From assembly GCF_021869535.1 (NCBI RefSeq), contig NW_026262673.1:2976001-3040000 (forward strand): 64,000 nucleotides of DNA. The letters are read 5' to 3'. A program made the translations under genes and the position numbers. Shown in pieces: positions 1 through 13,720 of this stretch. The notes under the pieces were generated by a model that saw only the letters and a list, made by a program, of their open reading frames with translations, did not search any database and was not told the origin of the DNA. This DNA comes from Mytilus californianus (taxonomy: Eukaryota). The stretch's first letter is position 1, and the number at the start of each line of letters is the position of its first letter.

Positions 1-571
1 CCATTATACATACTGATCTTTTTCCCAAACGTCTGTGTGCCAAGGTGGTAAGTGTTCGTTTACCATTATACATACTGATCTTTTTCCCAAACTTCTGTGT
101 GCCAAGGTGGTAAGTGTTCGTTTACCATTATACATACTGATCTTTTTCCCAAACTTCTGTGTGCCAAGGTGGTATGTGTTTGTTTACCATTATACATACT
201 GATCTTTTTCCCAAACTTCTGTGTGCCAAGGTGGTAAGTGTTCGTTTACCATTATACATACTGATCTTTTTCCAAAACGTCTGTGTGCCAAGGTGGTAAG
301 TGTTCGTTTACCATTATACATACTGATCTTTTTCCCAAACTTCTGTGTGCCAAGGTGGTAAGTGTTCCTTTACCATTATACATACTGATCTTTTTCCCAA
401 ACTTCTGTGTGCCAAGGTGGTAAGTGTTCCTTTACCATTATACATACTGATCTTTTTCCCAAACTTCTGTGTGCCAAGGTGGTATGTGTTTGTTTACCAT
501 TATACATACTGATCTTTTTCCCAAACTTCTGTGTGCCAAGGTGGTAAGTGGTCGTTTACCATTATACATAC
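1..571. repeat. 62-bp tandem repeat, at least 9 copies, running off the left edge
   Basis: Unit CCATTATACATACTGATCTTTTTCCCAAACTTCTGTGTGCCAAGGTGGTAAGTGTTCGTTTA starts at 1, 63, 125, 187 ... 559. Confidence 0.97.
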
Positions 572-651
572 AAAAACTATAGTCATTTACTAAGAACCAA
601 CAGGAAGAACTAATCATGACTAAACAAGTTGGAGGATAAATATTATGAGAC

Positions 652-775
652 AGCAACTTTGAGATAAAAAACAGCAATAAAAGCGCTGTTCCTTTGACTT
701 TTGTGTTTTTACTGTGCATGAACTGACTTTGTGTAATGGATGGATACCCCATATGCTTTCTTTTCTATTATTGTC
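652..775 (+). repeat. Dispersed ~120-bp repeat (other copies ~13100-13200 +, ~41566-41680 -, partial ~60113-60160 -)
   Basis: Shared CAGCAATAAAAGCGCTGTTCCTTTG...GTCATGGATGGATACCCCAT, or its reverse complement. Confidence 0.8.
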
Positions 776-1973
776 AGTTTGCATTGTCGCTTCACTTATG
801 CATCACCAAATTGATCTTTATTTTCGTTATTTTTTCTTTGTTATCTCGCTGTTTATTTGAATTAGTGGTTTTATTTTCTTTCACTTTGTTTCATCAATCT
901 GTGACGCCTTCCTTTGCTCGATACTGATACTTATGATCTGTTGTTCATGTTTAAAATTTGCTCTCATCATACATGTATATGTAGAATAGAGAATGGAAAC
1001 GGGGAATGTGTCAAAGAGACAACAACCCGACCAAAGAGCAGAAAAAACAGCTCACGGCGACCAATGGGCCTAGATAAATCACGCACCCGGAGGCGGGCTT
1101 CAGCTAGCCTCTAAACACTTATGTATATATACTAGTTCAGCGAAATGGACACCACACTAAACTTCGAAGCAAACAAATGAACCAAAATTTTAAAAAAAAC
1201 ACACACACACAGACTAACAAAGGCTAGAGGTTTCTGACTTGGGACAGGAGCAAAAATGCATCGGGGTTAAACATGTTTTGAAAGATCTCAACCCTCCCCT
1301 TATACCTCCAGCCAATGTGGAATAAAACACACAGCAGAACGAAGAGTAAATACCGGTTTAAAAGAAGTCCGAGTCCAATGTTGAAATAGACAACAGAAAA
1401 AACTAATGAAAATGACAATGATCAACATATAGAAAGAAAGGACTACTAGCAGTTACTGACATACCAGCTCCAGACTTCGAGTAAACTGAACGAAAGATTA
1501 TATCCTCATCATGTGAGAATCAAACACAATCCCTTCATGTCATCATACATTATAGTTTTATACGAGAAAAGAATATAACCCGTATCATGATGCCAACAAC
1601 TGGTTTTAAAATAAATGTGGTTTTTTGTTCCGTTGCAAAGACCCTACGAGTGATCAATATTAATTCCAAAAATGTCATCTTTAATGTCTTGGCAACAGTA
1701 TTGTAAATATTTATCTTGTGAATAAGTCAGTTTAAGGTTTGGTTAGCTTTTGAGGTAAATGACGACATTTTTGTGCTTTTTTATAGAATATTACCATAAA
1801 AGATGGAATGTGAAATACCTGAACGTATAAGATGTGTATTGTTCATGTAAAGAGATGACTTACATGTAATATCAGTCATGACAACTTGTGTCTAATCCTT
1901 TTGATTGGTTATTGGGAAAAAATATTATTAAACTATTGAACCAATAAGTTTAATCTCTATTTTTTTACCACAG

Positions 1974-4900
1974 AAATTTGGCGGTGTACGGAGGGAGTTG
2001 GATTTATGTGAGGAAGGTATACTAACTCTCGGAAATAGTGAAGACCCTGGATTAAACGTGAACAAAGCAGTAGAAGAAAGATTTCTCGCCAAAAAATTAA
2101 AAACATTGAAATCAAAAGACAGCAAAGAATTGAAGAATATGGAGAAAGTTGTGTCGGAGTTTGAAGAGTTAGGCGGTGAAATATCGAAGGTTCGTATAGA
2201 CTATCGGGTTTTCCACACATGGTTAGGTGGTGAAATATCGAACGTTCGTATAGACTATCGGGTTTTCCACACATGGTTAGGTGGTGAAAAATCGAACGTT
2301 TGTATAGACTATCGGGTTTTCCACACATGGTTAGGTGGTGGAGCCGTGAGCCACATTGTAAAATCTTTTTTGGCGAGTGAGCGCATCGAAAAAGCAAAAA
2401 AACTTCACATACTGTCGAGCGGTTGTAATTATACGATATCTAAACACAGAAATCCCGATAATTTGTTAATCGTGTCTTTCATTATCGTCTTTTTCTCCTT
2501 CCTCACACCGGGTGTCCCGATCCGAAACCAGGGAGGGGTCCGAATCCCGGGGAGCAATTAATGAAAAAAAGTTTGTAACGCTGGGGAAGTAAAATCTGGA
2601 TCCAATTACCTAGGAAGAATTTCATCACATTTCCATACACCACTGTCTCGCTCCGCTCACTCTGATTTAGGCATTGAGATATAATACAATGAAAAATGCA
2701 CAATAGTGATCTATAGCTTTATACATAAAGAGAGATAACTCTATAATTATAGTTGACAGTTGATGGTTCAAACTTGCTGTTTAAAAGAAAACGAATATGG
2801 ACATTTATAGATAACTCTTAAAATACGCGAAAGTCATCTGTTGATTGAAAGCCTACTTACAATTTAAGTATAATCAAAGAGAGGCGATAAATCCCTCAAG
2901 GACATTATGGTATATGTCTTTTTATTTATGAAAAAAATGTTATTAAGATCCTTTGAAAGAAAAAGGAATACGGTAAACTGAATATTTATTAACAGGGAAT
3001 AAAAAGAAATATAACTTTTACGTGTAATTGTTTCCTGTGATGAGTTTTAATTTCAACTAAATAGTAAGTTACGCGTGAGTAATTGAGTTTTTAATTTCAA
3101 CTAAATAGTAAGTTACATGTGAGTAATTGAGTTTTAATTTCAACTAAATAGTAAGTTACATGTGAGTAATTGAGTTTTGATTTCAACTAAATAGTAAGTT
3201 ACATGTGAGTAATTGACGTTTTAATTTCAACTACATAGTAAGTTACATGTGAGTAATTGACGTTTTAATTTCAACTAAATAGTTAGTTATATGTGAGTAA
3301 TTGACGTTTCTCTTTGCAGCTCGCTAACATTATACAAGAACAGATTCTAAGAAGAACGAAAGATCAAATTAACAGTATTTATAACAACTTCAAAACTCTA
3401 CTGTATACCTGCAAATTTGACAACAGGTACATAACATCTCTTATATATCATTCATGTTAAAAGGCCAATTCTTTCTTGAATGATACTCTAATAATATATT
3501 TCAACACATGACTCAGCGGGTAACACTATTGTGATGTTAACTTCTAGTATTGAGAAATACTAGCAAACCAAACTCCATTGTTAAAGGAGTAATCAGTGTA
3601 ATAAATAAAATAATACATAGCTGAGAGGGGATAAAGGCTTTGTTGACTCTAGTTTTATCTTTGTAACAATCTGCGCTATATGCCGCCGCTCAGCTATATG
3701 TTTTTATATAAGAACTCAAGGCGTATATCTTACCGTTCGCCTAGTAACAAGCGCTTCTGCACTATAAAACAAAATACGTAAACGAACTAAAATAAGTTAA
3801 AGCCGACCTTGTTTGACTTTACTGTTCTCATAGTCCTAGTTTGAGTTGACTGTTCTCATAGACTTAGTTTGAGTTTACTGTTCTCATAGACTTAGTTTGA
3901 GTTTACTGTTCTCATAGACCTAGTTTGAGTTAACTGTTCTCGCAAACTTAGTTTGAGTTGACTGTTCTCATAGACCTAGTTTGAATTGGCTGTTCTCATA
4001 GACGTAGTTTGAGTTGAATGTTCTCATAGACCTAGTTTGAATTGGCTGTTCTCATAGACCTAGTTTGAGTTGACTGTTCTCGCAAACTTAGTTTGAGTTG
4101 ACTGTTCTCGTAAACTTAGTTTGAGTTAACTGTTCTCATAGACCTAGTTTGAATTGGCTGTTCTCATAAACTAAGTTTGAGTTGGCTGTTCTCATAGACC
4201 TAGTTTGAATTGTCTGTTCTCATAGACATAGTTTGAGTTGACTGTTCTCATAGACATAGTTTGAGTTGACTGTTCTCATAAACCTAGTTTGAGTTGACTG
4301 TTCTCGCAAACTTAGTTTGAGTTGACTGTTCTCGTAAAATAAGTTTGAGTTGACTGTTCTCGTAAACTAAGTTTGAGTTGACTGTTCTCATAGTCCTAGT
4401 TTGAATTGGCTGTTTTCATACACTTAGTTTGAGTTGACTGTTCTCATAAATCTAGTTTGAGTTGACTGTTCTCATAAACTTTCTTTGAATTGACTGTTCC
4501 CATAAGTCTATTTTTATGCAATATGATTAAAATACAAGTTCTATGTCCAGGCATTATTTACAGTACATGAATCTGACAATGCTTCGTTCTACCTTCTGTT
4601 CCTCGAGATCCTACTTTTAAAAGTTTGGCTGATGTAATAATCACCAAAGCAGAAAGATTGATTTTTGTGTGTCCACATATTTTACGTAATTGGCGTCTCT
4701 AGAAAGCACATTATGAAGACTGAGACACCGCGATTTCGGTTCTTCAATTTTTATGTTATTACATAATTTATCCGTTGCGTTAAATGTTCTGGTCGCCCAT
4801 TATATATACAATACATAGATATATTGTCGGGATATATCAATTTTACTTGGGAGCGCTTTGCGAAACAGGACGAAAAACGAGACTAGACAAGGTTTTATTC

Positions 4901-6030
4901 CTTTTGGTAGCGAGTACAATCTTTTCAAATATTTTCCGTCAATTAGCATATATTATTTTGAATCCTGCTATATAAACATTGTAATTTTGCGTTAAGTTAT
5001 TTTAATTCCAAATTGTTGTCTTTGTTTTTGTTATTTTTGGAAATCGACATGTTGAACGCGTTACCGCGGAGAGGTACCAGTTACTATAACAGTAGTGTTA
5101 ACAGTTCCATCAGGACTGAAGTAAGATTACTTGATTTGTATAAGACTTAGTACTGATGTTCGTGGTCAATAAAGCAAAAGTTTTGTAGGATAAAAATGTA
5201 CATGTGTATCTTGTCTTGTGATTTATTTTGCAGGTACGAGATCGTAGACAATACGCTCAAGTCATATTGGAAAGGAGATATATCAGATAAAATCTACAAA
5301 TATTACAGCGACATGTATGAATTTCCTGTCATAAAATCCATGGTTAGAATTTATTGGTATAATTTTATGAGTATTTGCTTTCTATTTCCTACACATACAT
5401 ATCATTGTCGTCAGGTTTACTGACCCAAGACGGATTTATATAAGGCCCTTTTGCAAGAAAAGCTGTCCACACGGTATTAACTTTACTGTTTTATATTCTC
5501 TATTGTTCCGAAGTTTATGAGCCTTATTCGAGGAACACGTATTTTTGACGAAAATCAGTATTGTGCATTTCGGATTTGTTTTGTTATCTTGTTATGTTTT
5601 TGTTTTCGTTCGAGTGTTGTCATGAAAACGTAAATCAAAAATCGTTTTACATGAAAATGAACAAAACAATACGCTTAAGGACCGTTTGAACGGATAGACC
5701 TAGGTTAGCAATTCAACATGACTGTGCACTGTATTTCACCTTACTGACTTATAAATGTCGAATCAGATCTCTTAAGATGACACAAAAACCATAATTTGCA
5801 TGATTTGAGGTATTGTCTTATTTCGTATTATGTAATGAGGTCTTACATGATTTGAGGTATTGTATTATTTCGTATTATGTAATGAGGTCTTACAATCTAA
5901 CCTTCTTCACTGTTTCAGACGACTTTTACAAAGTTGGGATACCTGATTCATCTTCAACCACCAACCATATTATATTGTAAACTCAGAAGTGACGACAAAA
6001 TTGAAATTATATTCCAGAACTCTAGCTATG
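1974..6030 (+). CDS. Internal exons of an unidentified multi-exon gene: join(1974..2189,3320..3426,5234..5342,5919..6030); partial at both ends
   Basis: All have AG/GT boundaries and the phases 0,2,0,1 join without stops: KFGGVRRELDLCEEG...EFEELGGEISK|LANIIQEQILRRTKDQINSIYNNFKTLLYTCKFDNR|YEIVDNTLKSYWKGDISDKIYKYYSDMYEFPVIKSM|TTFTKLGYLIHLQPPTILYCKLRSDDKIEIIFQNSSY. No family recognised. The exon 1 donor (AAG|GTTCGT) is the least certain boundary. Confidence 0.7.
2173..2340. repeat. 54-bp tandem repeat x3 spanning the splice donor at 2190
   Basis: Units start at 2173, 2227 and 2281 (G[C/T]GGTGAAATATCGAA[G/C]GTTCGTATAGACTATCGGGTTTTCCACACATGGTTAG). Confidence 0.95.
3042..3308. repeat. 43-44-bp tandem repeat x6 abutting the acceptor at 3319
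   Basis: Unit GAGTTTTAATTTCAACTAAATAGTAAGTTACATGTGAGTAATT at 3042, 3085, 3129, 3172, 3215, 3259. Confidence 0.95.
3811..4505. repeat. 28-bp minisatellite, ~25 copies (intronic)
   Basis: Unit TAGTTTGAGTTGACTGTTCTCATAGACC with 28-bp periodicity. Confidence 0.97.
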
Positions 6031-6782
6031 GTAAGCAATTTACTTGAACTGTAATGTCCCCAGATTAATTTGATGTTTGTCAACTCTAATTTTGATATGT
6101 ATCTTTTTGTAAGCTGCTGTACAAAGACTTGTATTTAGGAAACAATGGTTGTCTTATGTCATATTTAATGATTTAGATGTTGACATATAACTGCATGAAC
6201 ACATGTCTTTTGCTTAACATTGCGTGTTGCTATGTTGATCTCTTGTTTATTTTTGTCGTTTGGATTGCTGTCTATTTGGCGAATACCCCGCAGCTCCTTT
6301 TACCTATATTTAAAGTTGAAAAAACATTTATTTACTGAACAGCTTTAACAAACTGGCCTGAAGAATTGACCAATTCAGATGTATAATGGCTTTAAATATA
6401 TGATTGAACATCGGTTGAATTGACTAAGACCGTCTATTTATAGCCTGGATTGATAGCATTCTGTCTGATCCCGTCCGTGTTGTTTTACTTTGTTCCTTAT
6501 TATCGGACATTTACCGCGAGCAGCTGGACCGGTGCCAGAGTGGAGCAGTAATGATAGTAATCGCATATCTTTATGGAGAACTTCAAAAATCTGTTGATAA
6601 TTTGTGTAAGAATTTTATATACCCTCTATTATATTCAATTAACAAAAGTTTTAAAGATTTTCAAATTTTGACCCTGTGTGTTAAAATATACAAGGGAAAT
6701 CAGCCCAGCCTCTTTTAAACATAAAACAAAACACAAATTATACCAGATGTATATTAGATTTTATGATAAAAACCTATTTCAA

Positions 6783-7120
6783 TTTTTATGCCCCACCTAC
6801 GATAGTAGAGAGGCATTATGTTTTTCGGTCTGTGCGTCCATTCGTCCGTCCGGCCTTCCGTTCGTTCGTTCGTCCGTCCATTCGTCCGTCCGTCCGTCCG
6901 TCCGTCCGTCTGTCCCGCTTCAGGTTAAAGTTTTTGGTCAAGGTAGTTTTTGATGAAGTTGATGTCCAGTCTACTTGAAACTTAGTACACATGTTCCCTA
7001 TGCTATGATCTTTCTAATTTTAATGCCAAATTAGAGTTTTTACTCCAATTTCACGGTCCACTGAACATAGAAAATGATAGTGCGAGTGGGGCATCCGTGT
7101 ACTATGGACACATTCTTGTT
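6783..7120 (+). mobile_element. Non-autonomous Helentron/DINE-1-like (HINE) element
   Basis: T-rich 5' end, subterminal inverted repeats ATGCCCCAC (6788) and GTGGGGCAT (7086), internal (GTCC)n microsatellite, TT 3' end. This is the DINE-1/HINE layout. Confidence 0.7.
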
Positions 7121-7463
7121 TAAGTTAAAACTAGTTAAGCGTTTCGCCTGCAGGAGGTAGAAGGTACCGGTATGACACAAAACTGATATAATTATTCACA
7201 CCAATGAACATCTAAATTGAAATATTAGTAATATGCTTTATTCTTACTCATATACGATTTATTTTTAGGACGGCTTTTCCCTTCATCAAACTGTAAACAC
7301 CAATTAAGTTACAAGTTACAGGAAAAAGGATTTATTAAAGAGAAGCAAGGTATCATGGCTTATATACAAGTTCTAATTTTTGTGGTACTTATTTAACATG
7401 CTGTTTTAAATTTCTTTCAAGGCAAACACTTGTACTTTTCATTTGTTCCTTATTTCTGATTGA

Positions 7464-7760
7464 TTGATCGATTGATGTTTGCTTAACGTCCAGTGGCAAA
7501 TATTCCATGCATGTTCAGGTGAGAGCAAAATAACAATTAAAACAATAGGTAGGTCCTGTAATAGAGGCTGTCCGGGATGAAGGCCAAGGAAATTTGGACT
7601 GCCACTGGAAAGTGAGGGTATATTGGATAGGAACCGAAATTTTGCCTTGCAACGGCCCACAGAGAGTTGTGACAAGGCTTCTTAACTTGCCGAGAGCATG
7701 ACACACTCTTTACACGAGTCATCAGATTAAACGTCCCAATTCTTACCGGACGTCATCATA
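7464..7760 (+). repeat. Interspersed repeat (related copies ~63110-63165 and ~63505-63720)
   Basis: Shared GTCCAGTGGCAAATA...AATAGGTAGGTCCTGTA...CTGCCACTGGAAA...TATATTGGATAGG. Confidence 0.7.
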
Positions 7761-9298
7761 TCTGCGACTTGCTTTCAACCGCCATCTGTATTACGACATA
7801 CTATAACGATAGTTGATAAGTCTAACTATAACATGATGGTTATCTAATTTTGTCTTTTGTTTTTTCATCTTTGTTTTCTTAAAATCAATTAAAAATGATA
7901 TACGTGAAGTTTTCGACACTATATATACATAAACCACCAGAGTTTGTGTTATAATGTATGATTGTTGCAATAATCACGTGTCACAAGTATAATTATGTAT
8001 ACTTAGATCTATGACAATTAAAACTTGTTATAGTGCAACTAGTTATGTTTATTTCCTAAATATAGTAACAAAGCAATATTTGGTACAATGTCAATTTCAT
8101 CATTGATCACTTTTTCCACAATCAGAGGTTCATTTGGGGATGAAAATAAGTTTGAAATTTGTGTTACAATTCAAATAGCTGGCAATGTATTAATTTAAGT
8201 TGCAGTATAAAACAATATTAGGTCAATGTCAGAAAAATATAAACTTTTTTGTATTCGGCACAAAACTGTGGAAGAGCTCGGTAAAACCTCGCCTTTCCCT
8301 AGTTTCTCAGCCTCATACAAAAAAGTTTATATTTTTCTGACATTGACCTTAAATTGTATATATTTATTATTTTTTTCAGATGTCAGTGTAAAATGTAAGC
8401 TATGGCTTTTAGCCAGGACAGTTGGCTTTGGATGGTACAGGAAATATTTTATAGGAAAGAAAAGATGGGGAATATTTAGCAGCCTAGAATCATTAGATTT
8501 AATTTCTTAGTGTTTTGGGGAATAAAGTTAATGTACAACTAGCGTTTTTTTTTTTTTTTTTTGAAAACCGTGTACCCATAATACATTCCCATGAGCTTGA
8601 AAATATCATCAAATAATGTATTAACCTGTACAGAATGATATGCATACTGATATTAAAATACTTACACCAGTCTAAACTTGAAATTTTTTATACTTGATAT
8701 CACTTGTAGAAGAAGTACAAGATTTACAACACACCACATCCTGAAATCAGAACTTTTGCCGAATGAGATAAAGAAGTACTCTCTACTACACTCGATTACG
8801 ACTGGCTAAAATAAAAATAAGAAGATGTGGTATAAATGCCATTGAGACTACTCTCCACCAGAGACCAAATGACGTAGATGTATCTTCTCAAGGGAACCAA
8901 TCCCGTTACACATTCCCACCTTCAGACTCTTCACACTACACAACATGGCCAGATTAAATAACCGTTTGTGGCATGTCCAATGACTAATATTTTGTGTATA
9001 TTGTACGACTTTGCCCCCAGCAGAGCTATAGAAAAACAGTACATTAACGGGTGTTACATGGACACTTTTTAGATGATACACGGACACTTTTTAGTTGTTA
9101 CACGGACACTTTTTATGAATAGAATCACTCGTGCATGATCAGTGAGTTCATGGGCACTTTAAATTTCAATTAGATTTGAACTTTTTGTTTCACCGACATA
9201 TTCCCTGTCTTTTTTATTAAAATATTTACGTTGGCATCAATAACTATAATATTTTTTCAAACAATTCCTGTATATTACCATTCATATCAGTACACTAA

Positions 9299-9556
9299 GG
9301 GATTGACCATTTAACTTCAAAAGGGGTGTTATGGTTTTTCCCTAAAAAAAATATTCTGATCCCAAATTTTATGAGAAAAAATATATTGTGGTCAAGCAGA
9401 TGACAAAATATTGTTCTGATTCCTGATTGTTCGAATACCGTATATAATAGTGCTAATTTCGACAAAAAAAATATTTGGGTGATAGCGTTGAAAAACTAAA
9501 TAATTCTCTTACTCAGAAAAAAACATACCCCCTTTTGAAGCTAAATGGTCGGTCCG
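9299..9556. mobile_element. PIF/Harbinger-type (Tourist-like) MITE
   Basis: Terminal inverted repeats GGGATTGACCATTTAACTTCAAAAGGGG / CCCCTTTTGAAGCTAAATGGTCGGTCCG, flanked by TAA on both sides. A related partial copy starts at ~24343. Confidence 0.7.
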
Positions 9557-10533
9557 TAAATGTATTTTTTTCAATATATGGACATGAATAGTATTCAGGA
9601 CAATGCCGAAAGAAAAGAAATGCTGGTACCGACGTTTATATTTCAATAAAAAAAGACAGAAAATATATATAAAAAAAATCAAATCTCATCAAAATATAAA
9701 ATCCCTATCAACTCACCAATGCACGCTTGATCCTATAAATAAAAAGCGTCCGTGTAATACATGTTCAAATAGGTAGCGAATCTTGAAGAAAATCATTCAA
9801 CTTATTTCACCAATTGAGGGACGGTAAGCTGCGATTGGATCATATTGTGACACGTGTCTAATTCTGATCAACACCATTAAAGACATATAAAAACCTATAA
9901 GCATGAAATTTTAAAAATAAATCCAAAATTTATGCCTATATTCTAATATATATCTAATAACAAGACAAAATCCATTTTTTAATAACATTCCATACACTAA
10001 TGAAAAAGGAAATTCATTATTTTCATACATTTATATTGTTATTGAATTAATATATAATGAATTCATATATTTGGGAGCAAACATACGATTTTTATTATTT
10101 TTTAAGGGGGGAATGGAATGGCACATCCTGCATTTTTTCAACAAAGAAAGGATCAAGCCTGTTTATTTTAAATTTATTTTAACCCCCACCCCCCCTTTTC
10201 CGTTTTCCCCAAATAAAAAAAAAATGTTAGCTTGCTTACCTCTGAAATGTTTTTCATACATTACTTACTTGCGAAATTACATTTTAAAAAGTCTCAAATG
10301 TGTACGACATTCATCTTTTACTTGACATGGTTGGTTTTTTTTTTATAAAATTATCAGATTCTTGAATTTTTTGAGAAAAAAAACTCTCGGCTGAAGGGAA
10401 GTGAAAAAAAAATTGTTTAATCTGTAACTTACATTAACTGGTATATGGCCATTTAAGTTTCTAATCTGTTTAATTTTGCTACCTCTTCTAAATGCAAAAT
10501 GTACTACTTCTTTCTTGAAACGTCGTACAAGTC

Positions 10534-10717
10534 AGATACAAAACAAAGGTAACAAAATAACAGGCCGGAAACAAATTACCGTATAGTTCTTCTGCACTTG
10601 TAGTCAGGTCAAGGTCCTCGGCTTTCGCCTCGGACCTCCACCTGACTACTCGTGCAGAAAAACTATCCGGCAACGTTTGTTACCGGCCTGTTTCTTTGTT
10701 ACCTTTGTATTGTATCT
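10534..10717 (-). other. 184-bp imperfect fold-back (rod-like hairpin) with a GAAA loop on the minus strand
   Basis: The arms pair continuously from AGATAC/GTATCT inward to GGC-TTTC-GCC (loop 10623-10626). Confidence 0.9.
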
Positions 10718-10989
10718 AATACTTAATGACACGAGAACAATTTAACAATTAATACAATAAGTATATGTTTTGCAAGGTTAATAGGTCGAAATTCATCTAA
10801 GGAATTTAGACTCTCACTGGAAAACTAGGATAACTTGGAGAGAGTTCACATGTTTTCCTTGTAACAGGCTGCCTACGGACCCCTCGTAGAGTTTTTCCAA
10901 GGATTCTGTATCGCACAAAGAGAGTTGCACTCATTGGCTATAATGATAACTATATCAACTAATTCACTCATATCAAATCTAACCACCAT

Positions 10990-12045
10990 ATAAAAATAAG
11001 AAGATGTGGTATGCTAGCCAATGAAATAACTCTCCACTAGTCTATTAGCGACCAAATGACGTAGAAGTTAACAGCTATAATAGGTCACCGTACGACCTTC
11101 ATGGTTTTACTTGAATGTATTATGACGTTGAAGTTAACAGCTTTAATAGGTCACCGTACGGCCTTCATGGTTTTACTTGAATGTATTATGACGTAGAAGT
11201 TAACAGCTATAATAGGTCACCGTACGGCCTTCATGGTTTTACTTGTATTATGACGTAGAAGTTAACAGCTATAATAGGTCACCGTACGGCCTTCGTAGTT
11301 TTACTTGTATTATGACGTAGAAGATAACAGCTATAATAGGTCACCGTACGGCCTTCGTAGTTTTACTTGAATGTATTATGATGTCAAAGTTAACAGCTAT
11401 AATAGGTCACCGTACGGCCTTCGTAGTTTTACTTGAATGTATTATGATGTAGAAGTTAACAGCTATTATAGGTCACCGTACGGCCTTCGTAGTTTTACTT
11501 GAATGTATTATGGAGTAGAAGTTAACAGCTATAATAGGTTACCGTACGGCCTTCATTGTTTTACTTGAATGTATTATGACGTAGAAGTTAACAGCTATAA
11601 TAGGTCACCGTACGTTCTTCGTGGTTTTACTTGAATATATTATAATGTAAAAGTTAACAGCTATAATAGGTCACCGTACGGCCTTCGTAGTTTTACTTGA
11701 ATGTATTATGACGTAGAACTTAACAGCTATAATAGGTCACCGTACGGCCTTCGTAGATTTACTTGAATGCATTATGACATAAAAGTTAACAGCTATAATA
11801 GGTCACCGTACGGCCTTCATTGTTTTACTTGTCCGAATGTATTATGACATAGAAGTTAACAGCTATAATACGTCACCGTACGGTCTTCGTAGTTTTACTT
11901 GAATGTTTTATGACGTAGAACTTAACAGCTGTAATAGGTCACCGTACGGCCTTCGTAGTTTTACTTGAATGTATTATGACATAAAAGTTAACAGCTATTA
12001 TAGGTCACCGTACGGCCTTCATGGTTTTACTTGAATGTATTATGA
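10990..12045 (+). repeat. Head of the common interspersed element followed by a 62-66-bp tandem array (~15 copies) of one of its internal segments
   Basis: AAAATAAGAAGATGTGGTATG at ~10993, then repeats of TGACGTAGAAGTTAACAGCTATAATAGGTCACCGTACGGCCTTC... from 11057. Confidence 0.93.
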
Positions 12046-13307
12046 AACAAGTAATACTCTCTGTAATTGAACCATTTGTATTATATGAAGTCAAGATGAC
12101 GTCAAAAATGACAGAAGCCTAAATTGTTGGTGAATGAATTTGAAATAATGGTAAAATGTGAAATAATTAAAATATTGAGGCGTTCAAATCTCGGAAGTCG
12201 ATTAGAAATAGACACACCAAGGTAACAAAACACTTAAAGGAGCTAGACATGGTGCGTCGACGGGGTAAGCTTCTCATATAAGATCTAGACAACTAACGGA
12301 CTGATTTATGACATAACATTAAATGAATAAAATATTATAACAGACAGCAACAAAAGATAACCCCTGAATTAAAGGCTCCTGGCTAAAGCTTATTTTAATT
12401 TCTCATGTAAGAATTTATCTCCAACTTTGATAAATATAAATGGGTTCAGAAAATAATCGTTTTTGACAACGTCATCACTACATTTATCTACTTTTACTAG
12501 TTTTTGATTGATCAACTATTTGTTGTTTGACTGATTGATGTTTTTGCACAATACCAGCAGACAGTATTTCAATGATAGCCAGGTCGAAACCAGTTATTAT
12601 TATTTCTTTTTATAACAATATTAGAATTTTTTTTCACTAACATGGTTCAAACTATTCTGTATAGCAATATACAAAACTTGACGGTAGTTTAATTGAGAAG
12701 GACAGAGAGAATAAAATATGTAGGTAGATTGATATATTTTTATGAAATGATTTATTGATATTTATTTTGTATTCTATTTCCGTCTTACTTTTCCGTGTTT
12801 GTTTAATCGAGGTGCACAATAAAAAGTTTTATAAAGAAGGGTCCACACAAATCTCTAGTTGTAAACATATCTGCATCGGACCACATAGATTTTATGAACT
12901 TCTATGTCGTTTAGTCTCGGCTGGAGAGTTGTCTCATTGGCAATCATGGTTATTACCAAATATTGTTAATTTCATATGTCTGCAGCAGAACACAGAACTC
13001 TTATGAACATGTCTGCAGCAGAGTATAAGAGTTCTTATAAAATGTCTTCATCGGACCACAGATGTCTGAAGCGGAATACAGAGTTCTTATACAGTCCTCA
13101 CTGTGACTTTGAGATGAAGAACAGCAATAAAAGCGCTGTTCCTTTGCTGTGCATGTACAGATTTTGTGTCATGGATGGATACCCCATATCCATTGTTTTT
13201 CTATTATTTATATATATTTTATATATATGACCATGACTTTAGCAGAAGAGAATTTTGAAGAACATGTCTAAAGCGCCAATAGAATAATTGTAAACATTTT
13301 TGCAGCG

Positions 13308-13720
13308 AAACACAGTTCTTGTGACTATGTCTGTTTTGGAACACAGTTCTTGTGACTGTGTCTGTATTGGAACACAGTTCTGGTGACTGTGTCTGTAAGG
13401 GAACACAGTTCTGGTGACTGTCTGTATGGGAACACAGTTCTGGTGACTGTGTCTGTATGGGAACACAGTTCTGGTGACTGTGTCAGTATGGAAACACACT
13501 TCTAGTGACTGTGTCTGTATGGGAGCACAGTTCTGGTGACTGTTTCTGTATGGGAACACAGTTCTGGTGACTGTGTCAGTATGGGAACACAGTTCTGGTG
13601 ACTGTGTCTGTATTGGACTACAGTTGTGGTGACTATGTCTGTATTGGAACACATTTGTTGTGACTATGTCAGTATTGGAACACAGTTCTTGTGACTATGT
13701 CAGTATTGGAACACAGTTCT
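13308..13720. repeat. 31-bp minisatellite, ~13 copies
   Basis: Unit GAACACAGTTCTGGTGACTGTGTCTGTATGG. Confidence 0.95.

Noticed and set aside
2190-2561. Continuation of the 187-aa ORF with 18-aa repeats
   Set aside because: It is better explained as intron read-through past the AAG|GTTCGT donor. The repeats happen to be in frame (54 bp).
8380-8510. Possible next exon of the first gene (phase-1 acceptor at 8379; a 15-nt micro-exon or a terminal exon)
   Set aside because: The phase fits, but the two readings cannot be distinguished and there is no homology support. Left out of the model.
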